Positions 26,843 through 35,772 of a stretch of 64,000 bases of DNA are shown here, in pieces. The notes under the pieces were generated by a model. That model saw nothing but the letters and a program-made list of their open reading frames with translations, had not been told where the DNA came from and searched no databases. Within the stretch, counting starts at the first letter, position 1; the number at the start of each line of letters is the position of its first letter. The DNA is taken from contig JAFGAR010000081.1 in the NCBI GenBank assembly GCA_016933575.1, positions 192,001 through 256,000 of the forward strand. The letters run 5' to 3'. The DNA is from Candidatus Thorarchaeota archaeon. GTDB taxonomy: Archaea > Asgardarchaeota > Thorarchaeia > Thorarchaeales > Thorarchaeaceae. A program made the position numbers and the translations under genes.

Positions 26843-27898
26843 GAATCGTATAACAATTGCATCATTCGGACAGTGGCTCTTGCATTCAAGGCACATGATA
26901 CAGTCAGGGCTATGCATGTGCTGATATGGAAATCTTCGAATTCTAATGTTCATTGGACAGACAACCTCACAGACATTACATGTATCTGGGGTACAACGTG
27001 CTGGGTTTCTTCCAATTCCTATCAATGCCTCACGAGAGAATACACTATAGAGCCATCCTGCTGGACAGATCCATCTACAAAACCATCTGGGTATCCAGAA
27101 AGACACGATGAATACGAATATCACGAAGGCTAGTTGAAGGAGTACAAAGCCCCATTGGGTGATATACCAAAGGGTTGCCAGGCTTGTTGGCCACAATCCT
27201 GTTGTCTGGTCTGGAAATATCTCAAAGAGAATAGTTGCAGGATTGAATGGTGCAAATGCATCATTTGCAAAGGCTCCCAAGGTTGCCTCGAGGGCTGCTT
27301 CCGTGCCAGTTGCCTTAGCAAATCCATACCAGACAGCTAGTCCAACGACAATCACAAAGATGTAGATTTTGATTTTGCGTAGGTCCTGTTCAGTATTTGG
27401 GGCTGGTCTGACTTTCGTGCGCTTTGGTAAGGTGACAAAGTCCTGGATGGTTCCGATTGGACATATCCATCCACAGGGTGCCCGTCCAACGAAAATCAAG
27501 ATAATAATCATAGCACCGATGGTGAAGAAAGGAAATGCTCCTGAAGTGAATGTCCGTTGCATTACATCGAACGAACCTGCTATTACACCAAATGGTGCCT
27601 CCAAAGGAGCAATGATTGGTAAGGTTGGCAGGAGATCCCTAAATCCTGTCCAGAACGCTGTGATATAATCTGCACCGAACCATGCGGTGAAAATGTAGGC
27701 ATTGATACCTATGAAGAAGAAAATCTGGACTACTCGACGAAGCATTCTCAAATTGAATATGAAGCCAAGAGGATTGCTTCTGACCTTCTTTACTTTCTCT
27801 TTGTCCTTCTCTTTGACTGGTTCTTCAACCAATTCTTCTGGCTCAAGAAGTTCTTCTTCCTCGCCAGTGTCTTCTAGCCTCTCGGCATCTTCTGCCAT
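26837..27898 (-). CDS. membrane polyferredoxin (NapH/MauN family)
   Basis: GRAPCGWICPIG, RWFCRWICPAG and two C-terminal 4Fe-4S motifs. Confidence 0.88.
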   Translation of the reverse strand: MAEDAERLEDTGEEEELLEPEELVEEPVKEKDKEKVKKVRSNPLGFIFNLRMLRRVVQIFFFIGINAYIFTAWFGADYITAFWTGFRDLLPTLPIIAPLEAPFGVIAGSFDVMQRTFTSGAFPFFTIGAMIIILIFVGRAPCGWICPIGTIQDFVTLPKRTKVRPAPNTEQDLRKIKIYIFVIVVGLAVWYGFAKATGTEAALEATLGAFANDAFAPFNPATILFEIFPDQTTGLWPTSLATLWYITQWGFVLLQLAFVIFVFIVSFWIPRWFCRWICPAGWLYSVFSREALIGIGRNPARCTPDTCNVCEVVCPMNIRIRRFPYQHMHSPDCIMCLECKSHCPNDAIVIRFS

Positions 27899-28009
27899 GA
27901 ATTCATTCCTCGCCTGGAGCGCTGATGACGGCGAAAACTTGCGCCTGATTAAAAACGTTATGCTGGATTGAAAGAGCTTGGTTTGCATACAAATAATTGT
28001 CTATGCGGG

Positions 28010-28429
28010 TCAAATGAGGCTGTAAGTGATATAAATCACGTTTGATTCCAATGTAAAGGTCATGTTGTAATTTCCGGATTCAGTTGGTGGGCTAATTACG
28101 ATTGGATGTAAGAACGTTTCAGACCAGATTGCATTACTTGCTGGAGGGTCCACTCCTAGATTCAGAGTTATGATTAGAGTGTAATCACTATCCGTCGTTA
28201 TACTGATTCCTGCAGGTAGATAGACCTGGATTGACCGGCTATCATACTCTCCCACGTCAACTTGTCGTGTAGCATTGAATATCTGTTGTGCAGCGAGCTC
28301 TCCTTCTTGCAGGTGTTGGGTCGTTGCCATTGTGTCAATTGCGTAGAGTAGCACCGGAACCCCAATAATCACTGCTGTTGAGAGTCCCACAGCAATCAGC
28401 ATCATTTTTTCCAGAGACCGTGATACCAT
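28010..28429 (-). CDS. pilin-like protein (class III signal peptide-like N-terminus)
   Basis: SRSLEKMMLIAVGL hydrophobic N-terminus followed by a small beta-rich domain. Confidence 0.5.
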   Translation of the reverse strand: MVSRSLEKMMLIAVGLSTAVIIGVPVLLYAIDTMATTQHLQEGELAAQQIFNATRQVDVGEYDSRSIQVYLPAGISITTDSDYTLIITLNLGVDPPASNAIWSETFLHPIVISPPTESGNYNMTFTLESNVIYITYSLI

Positions 28430-28516
28430 ATTTTTCTATCCGACACTCTCCCACATAAACTACTCTGAAACTAAAACAGCAGCGAGCAAGATTTTATCTT
28501 TGGTTCTACCAGTTGT

Positions 28517-29926
28517 GTGAGTGGCGATATTATGGATGCTCTAGTTCCAATTCATATTGGTCTCATGGGTCATATCGACCATGGTAAGACCGCTCTAGCT
28601 AGAGCATTGAGTGAAAGGGTCTCTACAGCTGGACTCGATAAACATCCACAGGCAATTCAGCGTGGTATCACAATAGACCTCGGATTCACGATGTTCATAC
28701 TCGACAAGTACCTTGTGACCCTTGTTGATTCACCAGGTCATGCAGATCTAATACAGAGTGTCGTTGCAGGGGCGAATATCATTGATTCCGCTATCCTTGT
28801 TGTGGCCGCTGATGAAGGACCAAAGATACAGACTGGTGAACATCTCATAGTTCTTCGATCTATGGGTATCACATCAATTGTCGTGGTCATTAGTAAGATA
28901 GATCTTGTCACAGAAAAACAGGTGCAAGATGTAGAGAACAGAATGCGATCAATAGTTCGTGATGTGGGCATTCAGACAGTCGAATACGTACATCTCTCCG
29001 CCAATGAAAAGAAGGGTATCGATGAACTTCGGGATGCGATTCTCCGGATTATCACTCCTAGAGAACGAGTCACGAAAGGAACCTTACTAATGCCAATTGA
29101 CCATGCGTTTCCCGTAAAAGGTCATGGTACTGTTGTCACAGGAACTATCCTTAGAGGGCATTTGAGCATCAATGATCAAGTGGAGCTTGTTCCTTCTGGC
29201 GCAAGAGGAAGGGTACGTTCAATTCAGACATTCAGCGAAAATAGAGCACTTGTGCAAGCAGGTGACCGTGTTGGTATTAATGTCCCTGAATTCATCCCTT
29301 CTGAAATAACACGTGGCGACTACATATGTGCTCCTGGGACCATATCATCCTCTGACAAGGTCATTGTTCAAATCCGAATCAATCCTCTCTATAGAGGTCG
29401 TATCACAAAGAGAATGACAGTGAATGCAGCGATTGGGATGCCAATATCAACTGCACAGATTTTCCCTTTCATCGAACAGGACTCGTTGAGAGTCATCGTG
29501 GATGCTGTCGATACTGAGGACTTCAAAGCAGCCTTGGTCCTTCAACGCCCAGTGGCTATAGATAAAGATGCAAAGATCCTGCTTCTCCGTACTGATCTGC
29601 CACCAACACAGATGAGAGTCATTGGCTCAGGATCCATAATTGAAATTCCACATGACGTTACACTCAACAAGAAGAAACTGAGAATCGGTAGAGTACAACG
29701 GATACGCGATGAAGATGTTCTTGTTGAGGGTCTTGCCTCTACAAAAAAAGTGGCTGAGGCTCTGATAAATGCAAGAGTCCAATCATCTGGAGGAGCGGAG
29801 GGTATTGTTAAGAGTCCATTCGGAACACGAGGAGTTGTGTCTGTGATATTTAGCACTCCCGTTCGAGAGTCTGAAGATATCTACTATGAACGGTTTATCG
29901 AGGAGGAATACAGATTTGGACAATGA
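28517..29926 (+). CDS. selB: selenocysteine-specific elongation factor (start may be ATG 28532)
   Basis: GHIDHGKT, RGITIDLGF, DSPGH, DHAFPVKGHGTV, and domain IV GIVKSPFGTRG. Confidence 0.96.
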   Translation: MSGDIMDALVPIHIGLMGHIDHGKTALARALSERVSTAGLDKHPQAIQRGITIDLGFTMFILDKYLVTLVDSPGHADLIQSVVAGANIIDSAILVVAADEGPKIQTGEHLIVLRSMGITSIVVVISKIDLVTEKQVQDVENRMRSIVRDVGIQTVEYVHLSANEKKGIDELRDAILRIITPRERVTKGTLLMPIDHAFPVKGHGTVVTGTILRGHLSINDQVELVPSGARGRVRSIQTFSENRALVQAGDRVGINVPEFIPSEITRGDYICAPGTISSSDKVIVQIRINPLYRGRITKRMTVNAAIGMPISTAQIFPFIEQDSLRVIVDAVDTEDFKAALVLQRPVAIDKDAKILLLRTDLPPTQMRVIGSGSIIEIPHDVTLNKKKLRIGRVQRIRDEDVLVEGLASTKKVAEALINARVQSSGGAEGIVKSPFGTRGVVSVIFSTPVRESEDIYYERFIEEEYRFGQ

Positions 29927-31238
29927 TGAGATTGAACGAGTTCTGGACAGAATCATCCCTGAGAGTATGACTCGTCGTGGTCATACAGCAATTGACGCCT
30001 TCACTGCTCCTATTAGGGACGTTCTAAATCGGAGAATCTTTCCGGATGTCGCCTTGACAGACGACCAACTGAGATTGATGATCCAGATTCTCTCATCAAT
30101 GGACACTGACAAAGATCCAAAGGCTGCAAGAGTTGGTGAAAGAGAGGCCCGTATTGCCTCTCCATTCATTGGTAGTCTATCTGCGGGATTCAATCATGGT
30201 ATTGGAAGAAGTGGTCAACTCACAGCACCTCAACCAAAGGCTGTAGGTGCGTCTCTTATGCAACAAGTAGCAAACAATGTTGCACTTGATGCTATTCGAA
30301 AGTTAGGCCTTAGTAATACTCAAGCTGGTCTGGTCACTCCCCTGTCAACTGGAATGACAATTGCCTTAGTATTAAGTGCGCTCCGTAGGGAATTGGGTAT
30401 CAAGACAGTTCTCTATCCTCGAATTGATCATATCTCTCCTCAGCGAGGAATATCTCTGACAGGTCTGATCGAACTCCCTGTCTTGACAACAATACGTGGC
30501 GATGCTGTCAATACAGATCTGAGTGATCTTGAGAAAAAAATATCCAAGAATGAGTCCTGTGCAGTCCTCTCAACAACAACTTTCTTTCCTCCTCGAGAAG
30601 CAGATCCAGTGAAGGATATAGCAAAACTCTGCTCTGCTAATGACATTCCATTCATAATTAACAATGCGTATGGTGTTCAATCAGAAGCAACTATGAGTCT
30701 GATCCGATCTGCAATAGACGCAGGTCGTGTGGATGCCGTAATCCAAAGTAGTGACAAGAACTTCATGGCGCCTGTTGGGGGATCTATTGTTGTGTCTCCC
30801 AATCAGGAGACAATCAATTGGATAGCTGACTCATATGCAGGTCGTGCGACAGCGGCACCGGTTGTGCAGACACTCGCAGCACTATTGGCTCTTGGTTTAG
30901 AACGGTACAAAGAACTACAAGGTCAACAAATTATCAATCATGCCTTCTTAAAAGAAAAGATGCAGGATATTGCCAATAAGCTTGGACAACGAGTGCTTGA
31001 AGTTGAAAATCATATTGCTGTAGCCATTACGATGGATGGTCTGAATGTCCGTGATATTGGCGCAAGACTGTATAATGCTAGGGTCACAGGACCTCGAGCA
31101 GTTGAGAAGGGAGCCTTTGGTTCGTCTGTTGACGACTACCCCCATAGCTATTTTGTCATGAATGCTGCAATTGGAGCAAGTCATGGTGATGTAGAAACAG
31201 CGACAACGAAGTTCTATAAGGAAGCAATCAATAGATAA
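29916..31238 (+). CDS. spcS: O-phosphoseryl-tRNA(Sec) selenium transferase SepSecS (probable TTG start overlapping the selB stop)
   Basis: GEREARI, HGIGRSG, QPKAVG, NNAYG and QSSDKNF (PLP Lys) motifs. Confidence 0.96.
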   Translation: MDNDEIERVLDRIIPESMTRRGHTAIDAFTAPIRDVLNRRIFPDVALTDDQLRLMIQILSSMDTDKDPKAARVGEREARIASPFIGSLSAGFNHGIGRSGQLTAPQPKAVGASLMQQVANNVALDAIRKLGLSNTQAGLVTPLSTGMTIALVLSALRRELGIKTVLYPRIDHISPQRGISLTGLIELPVLTTIRGDAVNTDLSDLEKKISKNESCAVLSTTTFFPPREADPVKDIAKLCSANDIPFIINNAYGVQSEATMSLIRSAIDAGRVDAVIQSSDKNFMAPVGGSIVVSPNQETINWIADSYAGRATAAPVVQTLAALLALGLERYKELQGQQIINHAFLKEKMQDIANKLGQRVLEVENHIAVAITMDGLNVRDIGARLYNARVTGPRAVEKGAFGSSVDDYPHSYFVMNAAIGASHGDVETATTKFYKEAINR

Positions 31239-31264
31239 CAAGTCCTTGAGGGAGGGCTAGACAC

Positions 31265-31918
31265 GTGGATAAAACAGATGAAATGGTTGAGGTCTCTCAA
31301 ATCCAGAAATACCTGTCTGAAGATTCTGCTACGGTCTTCAGAATCACTTGGTATGAGATCGCATCTAAACCCAATGTTCTTCTTGAGGAATATAATGAGG
31401 CTGAGAGTCAGGTATTCCAAGGTACTGCTCGATTCTCCTTGCAAATTGGCGGTGAGAAGGCCTTTGCTAGTGTCTTAGTAGATGGTAGCCAGTCCTCTAC
31501 TGAGATACGAGCTCAAGGAAAGGATGAGGTTGCTCTCAAAATCTATCTGGACGCACTAATGGAATCATTAAAGGACGCTCTTGGAAAATATGAATCTCTT
31601 CCAGAAGAGGACCGGGCGAAGGTGAAGAGGGCACTGGTCGCGAAGACCTGTTGGGATAGAATGGTCAGAAAGATACTGAACAAAGAATCACTAGGTGCAG
31701 TCTACTACCAAGTTGCTCATGGTCGAGAGATGTTCATCAAGGCTACTGAGGGTGAGAGTGGTGCGCACCCTGTTGCTCTCACAACATCTGCCTGGCTCTC
31801 TCGAATAGAGTCTCTTCCTCATGAAGAACCTATTCCCGGCAATATTGCCACAGAGCTTGCAAAGAAGAGTGTTGAATGGAAACGTGGAACCCAGGAAGTC
31901 ATAGGCCGTTACATTTAG
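31265..31918 (+). CDS. hypothetical protein inside the Sec cluster
   Basis: 217 aa ORF with SD GGAGG, lying between spcS and tRNA-Sec. Confidence 0.8.
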   Translation: MDKTDEMVEVSQIQKYLSEDSATVFRITWYEIASKPNVLLEEYNEAESQVFQGTARFSLQIGGEKAFASVLVDGSQSSTEIRAQGKDEVALKIYLDALMESLKDALGKYESLPEEDRAKVKRALVAKTCWDRMVRKILNKESLGAVYYQVAHGREMFIKATEGESGAHPVALTTSAWLSRIESLPHEEPIPGNIATELAKKSVEWKRGTQEVIGRYI

Positions 31919-31962
31919 ATTCGTTTTCATTTTGGTCTGAGTACTGCATTGGGTCTAATTTT

Positions 31963-32053
31963 GGCCTCCTACAGAAACGGTGGTCCGGTTCCGCGGGCTT
32001 CAAACCCGTGATCGTGCAAGCGATGAGAGTTCGATTCTCTTAGGAGGCCGCCA
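31963..32053 (+). tRNA. selC: tRNA-Sec (UCA), 9/4 fold, CCA encoded
   Basis: Acceptor GGCCTCCTA/TAGGAGGCC (9 bp), G discriminator and CCA. D-arm GAAACGG-TGGT-CCGGTTC. Anticodon loop CT-TCA-AA. Long variable arm ATCGT-GCAA-GCGAT. T-arm AGAG-TTCGATT-CTCT. Confidence 0.97.
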
Positions 32054-32803
32054 TCATAATAACTTCGAGAGATCTGCCCAGAGTATTTTCCGAATTCCTC
32101 TTACAGGTATCCTGCTCTCACTTGCTCTTCCAAGAATACTGCGGCGGATAATTGATACTTCCCTATTCCCTCTTAGTTCAGGATATTTCTCTAAAAACTC
32201 TGATACTATCAATCGTGTTTCCACGTCCAGCCTCTCGTACTCAGTGCTAGTCACCAATCTTGGTCTAGGTCTTGTGGCAGGTTCTAATTCCTCAAGCACC
32301 CCTAAGAAATCATCCACAGCATGACCGAGTTCGTCTTTCTCCATATCCACTTCCAAGTCTGAATTATCCCAGAGATAACGCCTCCCAGGGTTGTCAAATC
32401 TCTCTGAGATATCCTCAATGACACTATCCGGAATCGGTGTGTTAGGTCTCTCTCTGTTCCATCGTAGAGAGGTGGTTACCGGTGTAGTTACATGAATAAT
32501 TACGAATCCACACCTGTTCTCTACAGCAATCTCAAACAACTCGTGTCTCATACTTGTGTAATAGTTCGTATCATCATGAATTACATTCTTACCTTCTATA
32601 ATCAGTTGTCTGACCCTTGCTAATGCTCTCTCTCTGACAATTCCTTCCTTCTCGGGTTTCCAATCAGTATAATACGAGCTATCACGCCACTCATCGGTTC
32701 TCACAATCTCTACGTTGAACTCCAAAGCCCGTTGGATGGCATCAGCAAGGGTTGATTTTCCAGAAGATGGTAGTCCACAGAGAGCCAAGATGAACTGGGT
32801 CAT
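32054..32803 (-). CDS. pstK: O-phosphoseryl-tRNA(Sec) kinase
   Basis: GLPSSGKST, DDTNYYTSMR and WD motifs; adjacent to tRNA-Sec. Confidence 0.93.
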   Translation of the reverse strand: MTQFILALCGLPSSGKSTLADAIQRALEFNVEIVRTDEWRDSSYYTDWKPEKEGIVRERALARVRQLIIEGKNVIHDDTNYYTSMRHELFEIAVENRCGFVIIHVTTPVTTSLRWNRERPNTPIPDSVIEDISERFDNPGRRYLWDNSDLEVDMEKDELGHAVDDFLGVLEELEPATRPRPRLVTSTEYERLDVETRLIVSEFLEKYPELRGNREVSIIRRSILGRASESRIPVRGIRKILWADLSKLL

Positions 32804-32885
32804 GATAATGTGAAAGAAGGATTTGCAACAAATGAATTTAGTGGATAGAAAAAGAGAGATGAGTGATTGGGAAAATACCCAACCA

Positions 32886-33830
32886 CTATGGTTTGATTGT
32901 AATCTTTAGGCTGTTTGCTAGGTCCTTGTAACGATTGCGCACTGTGACTTCTGTTACATTTGATGCTTCAGCAATCTCTCTTTGTGTGCGTCTATCATCC
33001 TCAATGATCCCTGCAATATAGAGGGCCGCTGCAGCAAGACCGCCTGGGTCTTTTCCTGCTGTGATACCTCTGTCTCTAGCCTCATTGATGATATTCATTG
33101 CAGTCTGTACAGTCTTTCCATCAAGATTGAGATCTGCTGAAATTCTTGGCATGAGGTCGTTTGCTGATGGTATTGGTACTTTTACATCGACATTTCGTAG
33201 GATGAGTCGTACACACTGACCAAGTTCCTTCCTGTTAACCCTCGCCTCAGTAACGATCTCATCGAGTTGTCTAGGAATCTTGTGTATTCTGCAGGAGAGA
33301 TAGATGGTTGCAGCTACCATTCCCTCAATACTTCTGCCTCGGACAAGACGTCTGCTGAGAGCCTTTCGATAGATGAGTGCGGCTGTCTCCTTGGTCTCAT
33401 GAGGAACTCCTAGCTGTGATGTGAGTCTGTCCATCTCTGACATAGCAATGCTAAGGTTCCTGTGCTGAGAGCTATGAACAAGAGTTCTAATCTGCCACTT
33501 TCTCATTCGGTAAATAGCGGCTCTACTATTGGCTGCGATTGCACGTCCATTTGCATCTCTGTCGCTCCAGCCTATAGTTGTTGCAAGGCCCTTGTCAGCC
33601 ATAGTCAAGGTCATTGGAGAACCTGTTCTAGCCCTTGCATTACGTTCTTCAGCAGTAAATGCTCGCCATTCAGGACCTGAGTCCATAACACGTTCGCTCA
33701 TCACGCATCCACATGAGGTACAAATATTCTCACCGCGAGTGAGGTCCTCATAGAATTCGCTGCCGCCACATACTGAACAGATAATCATCCCTTTCCGTCT
33801 ATCAGCTGCAGCTCGTACTGGTCTTGCCAT
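32886..33830 (-). CDS. tfb: transcription initiation factor IIB (paralog 2)
   Basis: CSVC/CTSC, GPEWRAF, TEVTVRNRYKD; SD GGTGA before ATG 33830. Confidence 0.97.
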   Translation of the reverse strand: MARPVRAAADRRKGMIICSVCGGSEFYEDLTRGENICTSCGCVMSERVMDSGPEWRAFTAEERNARARTGSPMTLTMADKGLATTIGWSDRDANGRAIAANSRAAIYRMRKWQIRTLVHSSQHRNLSIAMSEMDRLTSQLGVPHETKETAALIYRKALSRRLVRGRSIEGMVAATIYLSCRIHKIPRQLDEIVTEARVNRKELGQCVRLILRNVDVKVPIPSANDLMPRISADLNLDGKTVQTAMNIINEARDRGITAGKDPGGLAAAALYIAGIIEDDRRTQREIAEASNVTEVTVRNRYKDLANSLKITIKP

Positions 33831-33935
33831 TTGTGTCACCTATCGTGTCCTTCTTGGAAGATAGCCGCGGATGTACTGTACAGTCACATATAAAATCGCA
33901 GCCCAAGGAGGATTCTTCCCCAAGCGCCGCTTGAA

Positions 33936-33975
33936 GTATATATAAGTCTAAGCATGAAAGAGCTATTGTACAATA
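33936..33975 (-). promoter_or_regulatory. tfb2 TATA box with upstream 12-bp palindrome
   Basis: TTATATAT on the minus strand near 33938-33945; TATTGTACAATA at 33964-33975. Confidence 0.6.
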
Positions 33976-34029
33976 CATCTCATATTTCAAAGAAAACATA
34001 TTATCCTCAATAGTATGTATGTACTTTTT

Positions 34030-34365
34030 TCACTGTATGACTATTCTTCCTGACACATTGGATGAATCTTCAACAAGTCCATCGAGAATCATCCTCCTCA
34101 GATGTGAGTTGAAGTACTCTTCTAACTCCTTTTCTGATCTAAGAGTGATTCTCAGCTTAGTTGTCGCAATTGAGTTGATTACCTCAACCTTTGCATCTTG
34201 TCCTGACTCTCTGAGTCTCTCAACCTCTCTAAGAGCCATGCGTACCTCTTCCCATCCAATCATGTAATTCTCATTCAGATCCTTCATCTCTTGAAACACA
34301 GTTGCACTCCCACTATATTCTTTGAATCTAGATTCTCCGGTTTCAATATAATCTCCTACAAACAT
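34030..34365 (-). CDS. hypothetical protein (start uncertain)
   Basis: Protein-like C-terminal part of the 139 aa ORF; the ORF's 5' part overlaps an RNA hairpin. Confidence 0.55.
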   Translation of the reverse strand: MFVGDYIETGESRFKEYSGSATVFQEMKDLNENYMIGWEEVRMALREVERLRESGQDAKVEVINSIATTKLRITLRSEKELEEYFNSHLRRMILDGLVEDSSNVSGRIVIQ

Positions 34366-34393
34366 AGAAGTGATTTGATGAAAAATAAGGGGC

Positions 34394-34473
34394 GAGGTGA
34401 ACGTCCGACAGCGAAAGGAAGTCCAGCTGTGTGGGGGCAGCCGGATCAAGGAGATGTTCGGACGTTCGACCTC
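34394..34473 (-). ncRNA. long hairpin RNA element with large pyrimidine-rich internal loop
   Basis: GAGGT/ACCTC plus a perfect 10-bp GAACGTCCGA/TCGGACGTTC stem; apical TCCGGCTG/CAGCTGGA (G-U pair favours the minus strand). Confidence 0.55.
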
Positions 34474-34489
34474 AGGAATAGTGATGTTT

Positions 34490-35062
34490 CTATTCCAGAC
34501 AAGCCCACTGTTTTACGGTGGCTTCTGGAATTATGTGGATATTTTCATAATACTCATGACCATCATCTAAGACGGTTTTAGAGAGGGCTATCTTGAGTAG
34601 ACCATTGTCCTTACCAAGCATGTATCCCGCTATGTATTGTAGGGGAACTTGTGCCTTCTCTGCCTCTTCTTTGGTCATTGCACAGCATTCAACACCAGGA
34701 CTTTCAAAGATGACCTCGATTGTCTTATGGTCCTCACATGCAGGTTGTCTCTCAAGCTGCTTTGTTCTCTCCTTTATACTATCGTCACCACTCAGGGACT
34801 CAACCCTGCTGTGGTCGTAGTGAAAGGGATCTCCTGTGAGTCGATGAATAGCTGAAGTCATGTAAATGGTCTTTTCTGAGAATTCTGCTACTTTGTCGCT
34901 GCCACTGTCTACAAATCGTTTCTCATTGCTCTCTCCCACGAGATAACGAATCTTGTAGTGCTTAGCATCGACTTTCTTCTTATCGTCACCCTCCTTAACG
35001 GTGACCATTGTGTTTTCCCACATCTCTACAGGTGTGAAAGGATTTTTTGTTGCTTCTGTCAT
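34490..35062 (-). CDS. hypothetical protein with CC and CxxH motifs
   Basis: 190 aa ORF; SD GGTGA. Confidence 0.8.
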   Translation of the reverse strand: MTEATKNPFTPVEMWENTMVTVKEGDDKKKVDAKHYKIRYLVGESNEKRFVDSGSDKVAEFSEKTIYMTSAIHRLTGDPFHYDHSRVESLSGDDSIKERTKQLERQPACEDHKTIEVIFESPGVECCAMTKEEAEKAQVPLQYIAGYMLGKDNGLLKIALSKTVLDDGHEYYENIHIIPEATVKQWACLE

Positions 35063-35090
35063 TTATTGTTCACCTGAAAAGGAACATTAA

Positions 35091-35127
35091 TTAACTATTG
35101 TTATTTACACAATAGTTAACTTATAAG
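35091..35127. promoter_or_regulatory. operator-like inverted repeat next to a bidirectional TATA-like box
   Basis: TTAACTATTGT-N7-ACAATAGTTAA (35091-35119), then CTTATAAG (35120-35127), between divergent genes. Confidence 0.7.
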
Positions 35128-35177
35128 GATTCTGTCTTAGGCTTATGACTGGTCTATGATGTTATGAGGAATATCTA

Positions 35178-35756
35178 ATGATTGAATACCTAGTGATTGT
35201 TCTGGCATCGACTATCTTTGGACTCCAACATAGTGGCGTGTCATCATTGAGAGTAAAGAGTAGGATTATCGATAGATGGGGGAAGACCGGATATGGTAAG
35301 ATCTTCAACGCAACAAGCGTATTGACCCTTCTTATCGCATTTCTATCAATGAACTTCTGGAACTGGCTCTATTTCATTACAGAACCAAGTCTAGTGCAAC
35401 CCCTCCTCTTTATTCTTGGCATCTTATTGGGCATCTTCGGTGTAATCGTTGCCATGAAGGCTTCTCAAGTGATCTCTGTTAGCACTGTAGCAGATATGCG
35501 TACTGATAGAAAGCCGGAGCTCATAACAGGAGGAATTTACGCTAGGGTACGACACCCACTCTATCTTGCAACAATTATGGTCTTTGGTGCAATGGCTTTG
35601 ATTTATCCCTTCTTAGTAGTCATAGTCTTTGCACTCTCAATGATCTTCTACACAATGATTGGTGCGTACTTTGAGGAACGGAAACTTATGATCCAATATG
35701 GGACTGAATATGAAAAATACAAGAAACATGCTGGATTCATCGTTCCAAAACTATGA
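35178..35756 (+). CDS. isoprenylcysteine carboxyl methyltransferase / PEMT family membrane protein
   Basis: LITGGIYARVRHPLY...EERKL...YG.EY..Y signature. Confidence 0.88.
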   Translation: MIEYLVIVLASTIFGLQHSGVSSLRVKSRIIDRWGKTGYGKIFNATSVLTLLIAFLSMNFWNWLYFITEPSLVQPLLFILGILLGIFGVIVAMKASQVISVSTVADMRTDRKPELITGGIYARVRHPLYLATIMVFGAMALIYPFLVVIVFALSMIFYTMIGAYFEERKLMIQYGTEYEKYKKHAGFIVPKL

Positions 35757-35772
35757 TTGGTCTATGCGAGAT

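Noticed and set aside
31980-32324. 114-aa ORF on the + strand
   Set aside because: It overlaps tRNA-Sec and is antisense to pstK.
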